A program made the position numbers and the translations under genes. DNA of 24,922 nt from Saprolegnia diclina VS20 (lineage: Eukaryota). This document shows, piece after piece, positions 10,336 to 19,984 of the stretch; position 1 is the stretch's first letter, and each line of letters begins with the position of its first letter. Location: assembly GCF_000281045.1 (NCBI RefSeq), contig NW_008246089.1:392737-417658 (forward strand), written 5' to 3'. The notes beneath the pieces are model-generated. The model searched no databases. It saw only the letters and a list, made by a program, of their open reading frames with translations, and was not told the DNA's origin.

Positions 10336-10532
10336 GCTGCCTAACGCTCAAGAAAGCTCTTTCGTCGCCGCCGCTCACCCGCGCCGTCGCCGCAAGACCT
10401 TGACTGTTCAGCTCGTTGGACCCGCCCAAGATCTTACCAGCGTCGCCACCGACCACGCTCCCAGGGACCAGCACGTCCCTACGCTTAGTGTTTGATTTCA
10501 ACGTTGAACCTGAGTGGTTCCCGTGCCGATAG
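10331..10532 (+). promoter_or_regulatory. Non-AUG regulatory uORF (uCC-like) upstream of ODC, apparently split over two frames
   Basis: 10491-10532 translates as FDFNVEPEWFPCR*, versus the AZIN1 uCC end FDFNAEPPWEPS* (from memory). Frame 10331-10495 (ATT...TGA) contains PRRRRKTLTVQLVGP, versus AZIN1 PKKRRRFTRLFGP. The stop lies 19 nt before the ODC ATG. Confidence 0.75.
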
Positions 10533-10551
10533 CATCGCTTGATACAATACC

Positions 10552-12021
10552 ATGCTGCGCACGTCTCTGCCTTTTGCCCGCCTCCCGGCTTTGGTGACGC
10601 GGGCCGCCTTCAAGTTCAAGACCGGACAGCGCGCCGGCATTGCCACACACGCCACCGCACGGTCCGCCCGTGCTGGGGTGGCCGTACACGGCAGTCTCAA
10701 GACTCAACAACAACGTGGCCTCGCCTCGATGGCGCTCGCGGCCGCCGAGGAGCCCGAGCACATGGTGTGCGCGTCGACGGCCGCGGCCAAGGACGCAATC
10801 CTGCACCGCATGTGGAACCACATCCAGTCGACGGGCGAAGAGAACGCGTTCTACGTCGTCGACACGGCCGCGATCGAAGACCGGTACAACCTCTGGATGA
10901 CGCATTTGCCGTATGTCAAGCCGTACTATGCGGTCAAGTGCAACCCGGACCAGCGCATCCTCTCGACGCTCGCGCGTCTCGGCACGGGCTTTGACTGCGC
11001 GAGCATGGCCGAGGTCAACGACGTGCTCTGCGCCGGCGTCGACGCCAGCAACATCATTTACGCCAACCCGTGCAAGCAGCCGTCGCACATCTCGTTCGCG
11101 GCCACCACCGGTGTCAACGTCATGACGTTCGATGGCTGCGACGAGCTCACCAAGATGAAGAAGCTTCACCCAGACGCCCAGGTGGTCCTGCGCCTCTTTG
11201 TCGACGACTCGCACTCGCAGTGCCCGCTCGGTACCAAGTTTGGCGCGGTCCTCAACGACGTGCCTGCGATTCTGCGCCACGCCAAGGCCATTGGCTCCAA
11301 CGTCGTCGGCGTCTCGTTCCATGTTGGCAGCGGCTGCTTCAACGTCTCGGCCTACTCGGACGCAGTCCTCCGCGCGCGCAAGGCGTTCGACATTGGTGCA
11401 AGCCTCGGCTTCAACTTTGAGCTGCTCGACATTGGCGGTGGGTTTCCCGGTGACGAGACCGCGCCGGTCGCGTTCGAGGACATTGGCCGTGAGCTCAACA
11501 AGTCGCTGAGCGAGCACTTTCCGGTCTCGTCCGGCGTCCGCATCATCTCGGAGCCTGGTCGTTTCTTTGCGGCCGCAAGCCACACGCTCGCGGTCAACGT
11601 GATTGCGCGCAAGCTCGCACCCAACTCGCTCGCGGCGCTGACGCCGTCAGGCTCGTCGCCGCTCAAGGCGTCGCAGGGCAAGCGCGGCCTCCACGGCAGC
11701 GTCGACCCGTACTACATGTACTTCGTCAACGACGGCCTCTACGGGTCGTTCAACTGCCTCTTGTACGACCATGCGGTCGTGCATCCCAAGGCGCTCACGA
11801 CCGTCGACGACAGCGCGGCGTTCACCTCGAGCATTTGGGGCCCGACATGCGACGGCCTCGACTGCATCGCCAAGGACATCAAGATGCCGGTGATGGACAT
11901 TGGGGACTGGATGTACTTTGCCAACATGGGCGCGTACACGTCGGCCGCCGGCTCGCACTTTAACGGCTTTGTGCCGCCCCAGAAAGTCTACTTTGACTCG
12001 ACCACCACCGACGACGAGTAG
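10552..12021 (+). CDS. ODC: Ornithine decarboxylase (PLP-dependent, fold III)
   Basis: PYYAVKCN (PLP lysine), FDCAS, IIYANPCK, KFGA, SFHVGS, LDIGGGF, EPGRFF, NDGLYGSFNC, WGPTCDGLD (catalytic Cys) and NMGAYT are all intact. Intronless, with a ~65 aa basic N-terminal extension. Confidence 0.96.
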   Translation: MLRTSLPFARLPALVTRAAFKFKTGQRAGIATHATARSARAGVAVHGSLKTQQQRGLASMALAAAEEPEHMVCASTAAAKDAILHRMWNHIQSTGEENAFYVVDTAAIEDRYNLWMTHLPYVKPYYAVKCNPDQRILSTLARLGTGFDCASMAEVNDVLCAGVDASNIIYANPCKQPSHISFAATTGVNVMTFDGCDELTKMKKLHPDAQVVLRLFVDDSHSQCPLGTKFGAVLNDVPAILRHAKAIGSNVVGVSFHVGSGCFNVSAYSDAVLRARKAFDIGASLGFNFELLDIGGGFPGDETAPVAFEDIGRELNKSLSEHFPVSSGVRIISEPGRFFAAASHTLAVNVIARKLAPNSLAALTPSGSSPLKASQGKRGLHGSVDPYYMYFVNDGLYGSFNCLLYDHAVVHPKALTTVDDSAAFTSSIWGPTCDGLDCIAKDIKMPVMDIGDWMYFANMGAYTSAAGSHFNGFVPPQKVYFDSTTTDDE

Positions 12022-12379
12022 TTTGCCACGTCATCGATAAGACTCCTGCGCACGCAGTGAGCTGCATTCTACATACGAATAACCCAACATCAGATAATGT
12101 TTTACAATGAACAAGTTGTCATACGAGGCGGAGCTTGATACACCACGCGGGGTCGATCCAGAAGAGGGCAAACGAATTAGGGTTGGGGCAACCGAAGTAG
12201 GGTTGTGGGTTGCGGCCACATGGTGCCACCAGGTCGCCATGCTTTTGAGTTCATGGTAATGCTGAAGTCCTCGGTACATGGACCAGATAGTGGCGACAAG
12301 GATGCTTCAAGATGTACACATTGTCATCAGAAAGTACACAACGACGTTCAATCGACAGAAACGTGTTGATGCCACGAGG

Positions 12380-13852
12380 TTAGGCATACGGCAGCGCCTT
12401 GTGGCGCGTTTCGTTGCTGGGTGTGTAGTACTCGGTGCACTTGCAGAGGTCGCGCGGGTACTTGGCGCCAACGAGAAACTCGATCGATGGCACAGCCGTC
12501 TCAATCTCGTATAGCTAGAAGGAGAGCGATCAACGTGGCCATCGTTACAGCGTCGTACCGTGTACGTGCCCCACTTGATCGAGCCCGAGATGGTCGTGTT
12601 GATTTGGAAGACGAGCGTGCCGGCCCGAAAGTCTGCCAGGAGCCCGTACGCCTCCGAGTAGCCCGGCTCGATGCGCACGTCGGCCATCATCTACCACGCT
12701 ATGTTAGCAACAGCAGAGAGATAGAGAGAGCGAGAGGCGCCTACGTCGGTGACGGCCCCGGCCTCGGCGGTCCAGTTGCGGATGGTCCACGTGCCGACTT
12801 TGACGCCTCGGTGATGAATGTCGGCGTCGCCGGCCTTGAGGAAGAAGCCAAATCGGTTCTCGTTCGAGACACTGGTCAAGATCTACATGTGTAGTACGTT
12901 TAGGACTTAAACGCAAGAAGGACCACTTGTACCTGGTAGTTGATCTTGGGATGTACGCTCACAAGGCTCTGAAAGATCGACGCCCAGTCAAACTAGCACG
13001 CGTGGCACCGAGCGTCATGTAGGTGAAAGGGAGTACCTGCTGGTTGCAGATTTGGTACTCTGGGATGCGCGGGTAGTACATGAGCGAGAATGTCTACGCC
13101 AACGACACATGTAGCACGTGCGAGAGGACGGCGACCATGATGGAGCGTACCGTGAGCACGGCGAAGAGCGCGAGCCAGATCATGGAGTAGCCGCAGGAAC
13201 GGAGACTACAAGCCATGGAATTGCGTCCTGCTTCTCCTAGAGTTGGAATAACCTCGAGCTGCTGCCGGACGGGCGCGCCGTCCGCGACTCTTCGAGGCTC
13301 TCGTCGACTTGAAACTCATCGTCGTCGATTTGGCTCAAGAGAGCTTGTTGTGACGCATCTTCGGAGATGACCTCGAGCTTGTAGCGCTTCTTCCTACGTA
13401 GCATGCTCCGAGCCATGCAAGTACCACGCAAGCGAACGTACTTTTCGGGCTTGGGGCGCTTCCGGCAGCACTTGCACAGCATCGTGGTCAGAATCGAGCA
13501 TCCGCACAAACAGGCCATGATGGTCGCCACGAGGCAGAGCACGGCGAGTACGACCGCCGGCGGGGGCCCATACCCGATGGCCTGCGGCTCCTTGCGAACG
13601 CAGTCTAGTACGCGGGGCCGTGAGCGAAATCCTTCTGGCGGCCGTACCTTCGATGTGGTGACAGGCCGACATGCCCGTGATGCAGCCGCTCGGCGACCCG
13701 ATCACATGGCACTGCAGGTCTTTCTCGCAGAAGTGGCAGGTCATGCTCGCCGCAATGCACTGGTCGCACGTCGTGTACGCGGCGCAGGGCTCCGTCCAGG
13801 ACGCGTTGACCGCGCTCATCGGGAGGCCGGTGACCAAGCCGCTTTCCGCCAT
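12380..13852 (-). CDS. Multi-exon membrane protein: Cys-rich PSI/PTTG1IP-like domain, TM, cytoplasmic linker, TM, LEA_2-like domain (~361 aa)
   Basis: Manually spliced exons 13852-13648, 13604-13442, 13393-13253, 13205-13151, 13093-13037, 12992-12933, 12882-12745, 12690-12559 and 12514-12380. All introns are GT-AG (43-57 nt) and give 1086 nt in frame. Motifs include CAAYTTCDQC..CHFC..C..C, YPRIPEYQIC and SVSNENRFGF. Confidence 0.7.
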
Positions 13853-14532
13853 GCCCAAGTTGTATCTTTGACTAACCGGCTGCGGTGCGGACGCGACTAA
13901 GTGCGACCAGCTGCTACGAAGAACAGTCGACACACATCATAATTGTATTGGGCTCGTTCAAGTGCGCACCCACAGGATAGCGCACATACTTGGCCTCACT
14001 TATCCGGATGCAACCGGCAAGATTCGCATCTCAGAAAGGGGCAAGACGCCACAGTCGCAGGTCAGCATCACGGGTCCAGCGCCGATGACCGCCAGGAACC
14101 TCGGTGGCACGCTCCATACCCATGCATCCATACTACTAGTGTTAGTACATTGAACTCGTGCTGCTTGCGGGCTTTATCGTTTGAGAATCATAAAAACAGT
14201 GAACCAGTCTCCTCGAAGGTTCGAGCTGATCCAGTTAGCCAGGAGTGTACGGTATCCTGGAAGCAGCATCTCTCGCATGCATGTGCCCGTTGAGTTGCGC
14301 TCCATTCACGTCCAAGGTGGAGATCAACACCCTCGGCATTGCAACATCTTATACAACGGTCAATAAGAGATGTCTTATTGATCTTATGGGCACCTGCCTT
14401 CCCAAACAAGCTTGCGAGGATTTGCAAGGATCGTCGAGCTCTTCGTGTCGCACTCTGCCCTTGCAGCAATGACGTAGCTCCCGAATAGAAACGCAGCATC
14501 GTCATCGCGATTAGGGTCTATTGTGTTCTGGC

Positions 14533-15078
14533 CTAATCACGGAAAAGACGGTCGGCTTCGTCGATCGGGATGTCGTTGCCACTCATGTCGCGGTGTTGCA
14601 TGTGGCCCAAGTCGTCAAACTGCCAGAGCTCGTTGCCGTGGCAGCGAAACCACTGTCCGTCCGCGATGCGCTGAAACTCGTACGTAAACCGGACGGCAAT
14701 ACGGTTCTTGTCGTGGCACCAGAGATGCTTCACAAGCTTGTAGTTGGTCTCGAGCGCCCACTTGTCTTGCAAGAAGGCAACGACGGCGTCCCGTCCGACA
14801 AATATGGTATCGCGGTTGCGCCAGACCGTGTCGGGCGTGTACGCAAGGGCCACCTTGTTGGCATCGCGAGAGTTCCATCCGTTCTCAGCGGCCTTGACTT
14901 TGGCAAGCGCCGACGCCTCCGTGAACGGCGGTAGCGGGCCGCGGGCCTCGGCCGCGTGGGCGGCAAAGCCTTGTAACGCGCCCTTGGCCGTCTCGGCAGT
15001 GTACAACGTCGACTTTTTCCCGGCCGATGACAAGGCGTTGAGGCTTTGGAGCACCTTGAAGCGGCCTTGACTCGCCAT
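14533..15078 (-). CDS. DUF1348 / SnoaL-like (NTF2-fold) protein
   Basis: PLPPFT..ALAKVKAAENGWNSRD..VALAYTPDTVWRNR..FL..KW..E..Y.LVK.LW....NRIAVRF.YE......WFR..GNE.W.FD..G.M is the family pattern. First ATG at 15078. Confidence 0.88.
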   Translation of the reverse strand: MASQGRFKVLQSLNALSSAGKKSTLYTAETAKGALQGFAAHAAEARGPLPPFTEASALAKVKAAENGWNSRDANKVALAYTPDTVWRNRDTIFVGRDAVVAFLQDKWALETNYKLVKHLWCHDKNRIAVRFTYEFQRIADGQWFRCHGNELWQFDDLGHMQHRDMSGNDIPIDEADRLFRD

Positions 15079-15145
15079 GGTGATGTCAACGGCAAACGGC
15101 AACTGGCGATCTTCCAGCAAGAAAGGCTGCGGTGTGGCGGCGTTT

Positions 15146-15461
15146 GATTGGCCAAATACATGTGGCGTCGATGGATGCGATTGGCGAAACGAGACATCGA
15201 GGGCGAGTGTTTTCAGCGCGGTTCCGCGGCCGCCTTAGCCGATTTCGTACGCCGTCGGCCGACGTCGCTTGGTCAAGTCGGACGAACGCGATGACAAGGT
15301 GGGCATATCGTTCGAGCTGCCAGCACGGTAGAGTGTCGACACCGACGTCAGCGTCCGGCGACCTCGGATTGGCTGTAGTGCTGAACCGTGCACTTGACAG
15401 TATACAAAACGCAAGTGTAAAAATGGCGCCGTTTTAAAAAAGGCGGGGTATTCCAGCCAAT
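15146..15461. promoter_or_regulatory. Divergent promoter region with four CCAAT boxes
   Basis: GATTGG at 15146, 15179 and 15367, and CCAAT at 15457, between head-to-head starts at 15078 (-) and 15518 (+). Confidence 0.4.
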
Positions 15462-15517
15462 CGGCGTGTAGCGGGTGACGGCCGCACGCTCGAAGTTCGC
15501 ACTTTCGCAGGTACAAC

Positions 15518-16414
15518 ATGATGGCGCTGGCCGCGATCTTGGCCGTCGGGACGAGTCTCGGCGCCGGCCTCCGTGTGCTCTGCCTCCCCGACGACGATGC
15601 CCGCTACGACTTGACGACGGCCACGAAGCGCGAGCGGCAGCTAAAGCCGGCGAGCTGCTCGGTGTGCTCGGCGTCAATCGACCCGACGCTCGTCGCACTC
15701 TCGTCCGGGCTCTGCGTCCCATGCAGCTACAAGTCGATCCCGATGCTCGACGACGATACGACCGAGCAAGGCGAGTACTCGGACCCGGGCGGGATGGATA
15801 TCGACCTCGCCGACATTGTCGACCCGGCGTGCGATGCGGCGGACGAGGCCATGGCGCTGCTCCAAGACGTGCTCGACGTCTCGGAGCGCGTGCCAGGCGC
15901 CGACGTGGACATCCTCCAGACCAGCGTCCGCGACCTGTTGCGCTTGATTGAATCTGACCACCGCGCCGTCGTCGGGACGCTCCACGACATTTCGCAGGCG
16001 CTGGCGTCGCTCGCCGAAAGCGTCCCAATCGAGTGGCAAGATTATGTCGAGATGCTCGAGATGAAGTTTGACGCGCTCGAACACCGGTGTCAAGCGACAG
16101 CAATGGCCGTCGGTGGCTTTGTCTTGGCCGGTACGCTCCATCACCTCGTGGCCCATGCCAAACGGTATGGCCTCGAGAGCCACCGGTGCGCCATGATCAT
16201 GAACGACCTCGAAATCATCGCCGAAACCATCGAAGAGGCGCCGAGCGAGCTCGTGCATGGCCTCGACTACTTTGCCAAGACATTGGATGCGCTGCACGAG
16301 TACGAAGCCGAGCTTACAGACGCCGGACAGTGGCCCAGTGTCCTCGAGTGTACGGACGCGCTCGAGTCCCTTACGCTCGACGTCGGCATCCTCTACGGCG
16401 ACTGGCCCGCGTGA
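15518..16414 (+). CDS. Hypothetical acidic, helical protein with a CxxC-x15-CxxC putative zinc finger
   Basis: 298 aa ATG-started ORF with coding-like C/G-ending codons and the motif CSVC...CVPC. No family recognised. Confidence 0.7.
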   Translation: MMALAAILAVGTSLGAGLRVLCLPDDDARYDLTTATKRERQLKPASCSVCSASIDPTLVALSSGLCVPCSYKSIPMLDDDTTEQGEYSDPGGMDIDLADIVDPACDAADEAMALLQDVLDVSERVPGADVDILQTSVRDLLRLIESDHRAVVGTLHDISQALASLAESVPIEWQDYVEMLEMKFDALEHRCQATAMAVGGFVLAGTLHHLVAHAKRYGLESHRCAMIMNDLEIIAETIEEAPSELVHGLDYFAKTLDALHEYEAELTDAGQWPSVLECTDALESLTLDVGILYGDWPA

Positions 16415-16505
16415 GTTGCGTCTGCTGATGCGATTCTGTATAGCCTATTTAACACGGACCGTTGCGCGATGGAAGCGCCGTACTCAGCCGAAGTCGTATT
16501 CAGAT

Positions 16506-19006
16506 TTACTGCAGTCCGTAGTGCTTCAAGAGCGCGTCGGTGCTCTGGGGACGGCCACGGAACGCCTCAAAGACCTGAAGCGGGTGGCGCGACCCGCCGA
16601 GCGCGAGCACCGTGTCGCGGAACTCGCGGCCGGTCTTGGCGAGCGCGGCTTCGTCGTCCAAGCCAGCTTCCTCAAACTTGCTAAAGGCGTCGCACGAGAG
16701 GACTTCGGCCCACTTGTAGCTGTAGTAGCCGGCCGCGTACCCACCGGCAAAGATGTGCGAGAACGAGCACAAGAACCGGTCTTCGGGCAAGGGCTTCATG
16801 ACCGCAAAGCTACGCATCCATATCACGTCAGATCCGATGGCAAGTGTGATCCCACGTACTCGTTAGCGATCTTGTGCTGCACATCAAAGATGGTCTCGTC
16901 GCCCGACGGGTCAAACTTGCCGTGGAGGTGCATGTCGAGCGCGCCAAAGTTGAGCTGGCGCAGCATCCCGGACGCGGCCATGTACTTGCGCGCGTCGCAA
17001 ATCTTCTCAAAGAGCTCGGCCGGCAGCGGCTCGTCGGTCTCGTAGTGGCCACTAATGGCATTAATCGTACCGCGGTGATAGCAAAAGTTCTCCATAAATT
17101 GCGACGGGAGCTCGACGGCGTCCCACTCGACGCCGTTGATACCGGCCGCGCCTTCATAGTCGACCGTCGTCAGCATGTGCTGGAGGCCGTGGCCAAACTC
17201 GTGGAAGAGCGTCTCGACCTCGCGAAAGTTCATCAAGCTCGGCTTGTCGCCGACGGGCGGCGACTGGTTGCAAATGAGGTACGCCACCGGGATGCGGACC
17301 GCGCCGTTGACACCGAGGAGCTTGGAGCGGCCAACGCACGTGTTCATCCACGCACCGCCATTCTTCTCGGCCGGACGCGCGTACGGGTCGAGGAAGAAGC
17401 TGGCGAGAATCTCCTTCGCGCCGTCGGCTCGGCGGACGTTGAAGAACTGCACGTCGTCATGCCACGTTTCGACCGAGGCGTCGGCAGCCTACAACGCGCG
17501 TCGAGCTGGAAACCGCTGACAGCGACGAGGACGTAGTACCTCGATCGTAACACCAAAGAGGCGCGATGTCAGGTCAAACAACCCCTCGAGCACCTACGAT
17601 TCCACTAAGAAATCAAATGGTAGCAAGCTCTTTGAGGCACCTTGGGCAAAGGAAAGTAGGGCTTGATGATTTCGTCGTCGAGCGTGTACAGGTCCGCCCG
17701 CATCTTCTCCGTCCTACGCCGAGCCGTGTGAAATGACGCATCATTAGCCCAGTAGACACACCAGTAGGCTACGTCCCAGAGCGCGAGCGGCGTCGTCTGG
17801 CCGTGCTGCGCTGCGTACGCGGCGAGCTGGTTGAGCTCAGCGACAGCGATCGGGCGGCACTTGGCGCGGAGCTCGTTGTGCATGCGGTTGACGTCGTCGA
17901 CGCTCGGCGCCATCTTGGTCGCCAAACTCAGCTCGGCGTACGAGGCAAACCCGAGGAGCTTGGCGCGTTCTTGGCGCAGCCGGAGGGTCTCGTTGATGAT
18001 TTGAGTATTGTCGTGCGGCGCGATGCTAGCCTTGGTCGCGTTGGCGCGGTACAGCGTCTCACGCAGCGACCGGTTTGTGCAGTACTTGAGCATCGGCAGT
18101 AGCACGGGCATGTCGAGCGAGAGCTTCCACGGACCGTCTTCGGCGGTCGCGCCGTCGTGCCCGTCGGCAGCGGCGTTCTAGTACAGTGTAAACAACGTGC
18201 ATATCGCACCAGCGATACGATAGGCAGTACCTGGGCCAAGAGCGGAAGGAGCGAGGCCGGGACGCCATCGAGCTCGGCTTTGTTGGTGATGATGAGCGAG
18301 TACGCCTTGGTCGCATCGAGCACGTTGTTGGAGAATTTCGTTTTCTACGCACGCAAAGTTGAGGCGCGACGTCAAGGAATGGTCGTTGGTACCAATTCGG
18401 CCGACCGTAATTGCAGCTGGTTGAAGCGCTCCTTCTCTTCGCCCTCGAGGCCGACGCCACTCAGCGTCGCGCCGCGAATCGACGAGTCGATGATGCGCTA
18501 CCGTCGCACGCGTTATGGATGTTGTTCGCAGGAGAATGGATGGGTACCTGCTGAGCGTCGCTAAAGGTGGCCCACGACGCGCTGCTGCGAAGCTCCTTGT
18601 ACGCGGCAAAGATCTCAGGGCTCTGCGAAAACCGTGTGAAGATCGTGACGACTTCGATCTGCATCGCTGCGTGGACTTCGCGCAGCGCCGGCGAGTTCTG
18701 AACGCTCATGAGGTGGCCAACGATACCCCAGATCCGCTGGAGCGCGTCGCCTTGGATTTCGAGCGGGTCCATGATTGTCTCCCACTCGATAGGCGTCGTC
18801 TTGGCGCGCAGCGTTGCTTCAATCGCGCTCACGTCCGTCTCAAAGGTCTTGATGGCCTCGCGGAGCGCGGGCGCCATCTCGGCCACGGCCAGTGAGCGAA
18901 AAGGCGGCAACTTGCGCTCGTGCACAGCTTGCATGAGCGAGTTGGTCGCAAAGGCTCGGCGTAGGAGGCCATGCGAGGCTGCACCGCGCTGGAATCGGCC
19001 AAGCAT
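16506..19006 (-). CDS. Oligopeptidase A (peptidase M3A), copy 1, with probable mitochondrial presequence; 8 exons, ~717 aa
   Basis: HEFGH zinc motif, [27 protein letters not shown]. Exons 19006-18548, 18497-18393, 18344-18231, 18177-17762, 17713-17641, 17593-17540, 17488-16860 and 16809-16506 total 2154 nt in frame. Confidence 0.92.
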
Positions 19007-19341
19007 GCTTGTCCAGAAACTTATGTGGGATGCATCGCGAACGTCGCCCATTATCCGGATTTCCGGATTCGTAGACTAGTAAAACGCAATGGGTTAAACA
19101 CTGACAGGTGTGGTCCCCCTTTTTTGCCATGACGTGGCACTTGTTGGCATTTCATAGGAACGAGCGGCTGCGATTGGACAGTACAAGGCACATTTTGGCC
19201 AATCCAATTACGTAGAGTTCCATCCGGATACACTAGGGCAGCGCTTCTGGGGCAGAGCTCCGGGGCAGGAAAGCTCATTTGGACATAAGTGAACGAAGCG
19301 ACTGTGATCTGAGCGAAGCACAAGGTGGCCAAGGTAATCAA

Positions 19342-19453
19342 GGTGATTCATTTACCATCACTCTTCATCGTTCAGGTTTTCCCCCCCGAGCCGAATAATA
19401 TGGGCGGGTTCGGGGCACGGGGGACAAGCAAGAGTGATGGTAAATGATTCACC
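19342..19453. repeat. 112 bp inverted-repeat element (MITE-like / hairpin)
   Basis: GGTGATTCATTTACCATCACTCTT (19342-19365) and AAGAGTGATGGTAAATGATTCACC (19430-19453) are reverse complements at 23 of 24 positions. TGATTCA also occurs as a direct repeat at 19344 and 19445. Confidence 0.75.
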
Positions 19454-19956
19454 AGTGTACCGGTATTTGATCCCCTTGGCCGCTTCGTTCTCTATGACAC
19501 CGACGAGCAAACTGCAACGACGAGTGCCACGCTTGTCGGCCTACCCAAAAGCTACTTGAGCTTCGGTAGCCTTCAACTCTAATCACTCCTAGCGCTTTTG
19601 AACGAGGCGGTTGGTAGCATCGCAAGGCGCATTGGCATGTACCCATCATGGCAAGCGGTCGGTTGGCGTGGCGCTGAGGCAGGACACACCCAAAACGACG
19701 GACTTCCGTCGCGCCCCTCGAGTCTGATTACAAGCCATGTGGTTTCTTTGGTGGTTAACCTCTATCTTTGAATACCCTACCCACAAAAAGCACACTATCT
19801 TCATGGCATTGGTCCGATCTTTGCTTCAATACCAATATCTAGTGATTCCAGTCCACACTATTAGCGGACCTTTGACGTGCGAAACCAATAACCTCTGACA
19901 ATGCATAGAAAGGCCATCACGTTGGAACCAGCTGGCAAAGCGAGTTGCTGTCTGCG

Positions 19957-19973
19957 GTCATTTCCGAATTTGC
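19957..19973 (+). promoter_or_regulatory. Oomycete Inr+FPR core promoter
   Basis: GTCATTTCCGAATTTGC is a close match to the oomycete initiator/FPR consensus and lies just upstream of the ATG at 19985. Confidence 0.7.
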
Positions 19974-19984
19974 CCCAGACGCAA

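Noticed and set aside
10552..12021. Possibility that the gene is a catalytically dead antizyme inhibitor rather than ODC
   Set aside because: The AVKCN lysine, FDCAS, GGGF and GPTCD cysteine are all intact.
13940..14520. Several short ORFs in the spacer
   Set aside because: No coding bias or motifs. No RNA gene or repeat was recognised.
15052..15078. PTS2 peroxisomal signal at the DUF1348 N-terminus (RFKVLQSL...)
   Set aside because: It does not fit the R-[LVIQ]-x5-[HQ]-[LA] consensus.
16506..19051. Fragmented oligopeptidase ORFs read as a pseudogene
   Set aside because: Every break is explained by a 47-53 nt GT-AG intron, giving an intact ~717 aa frame.
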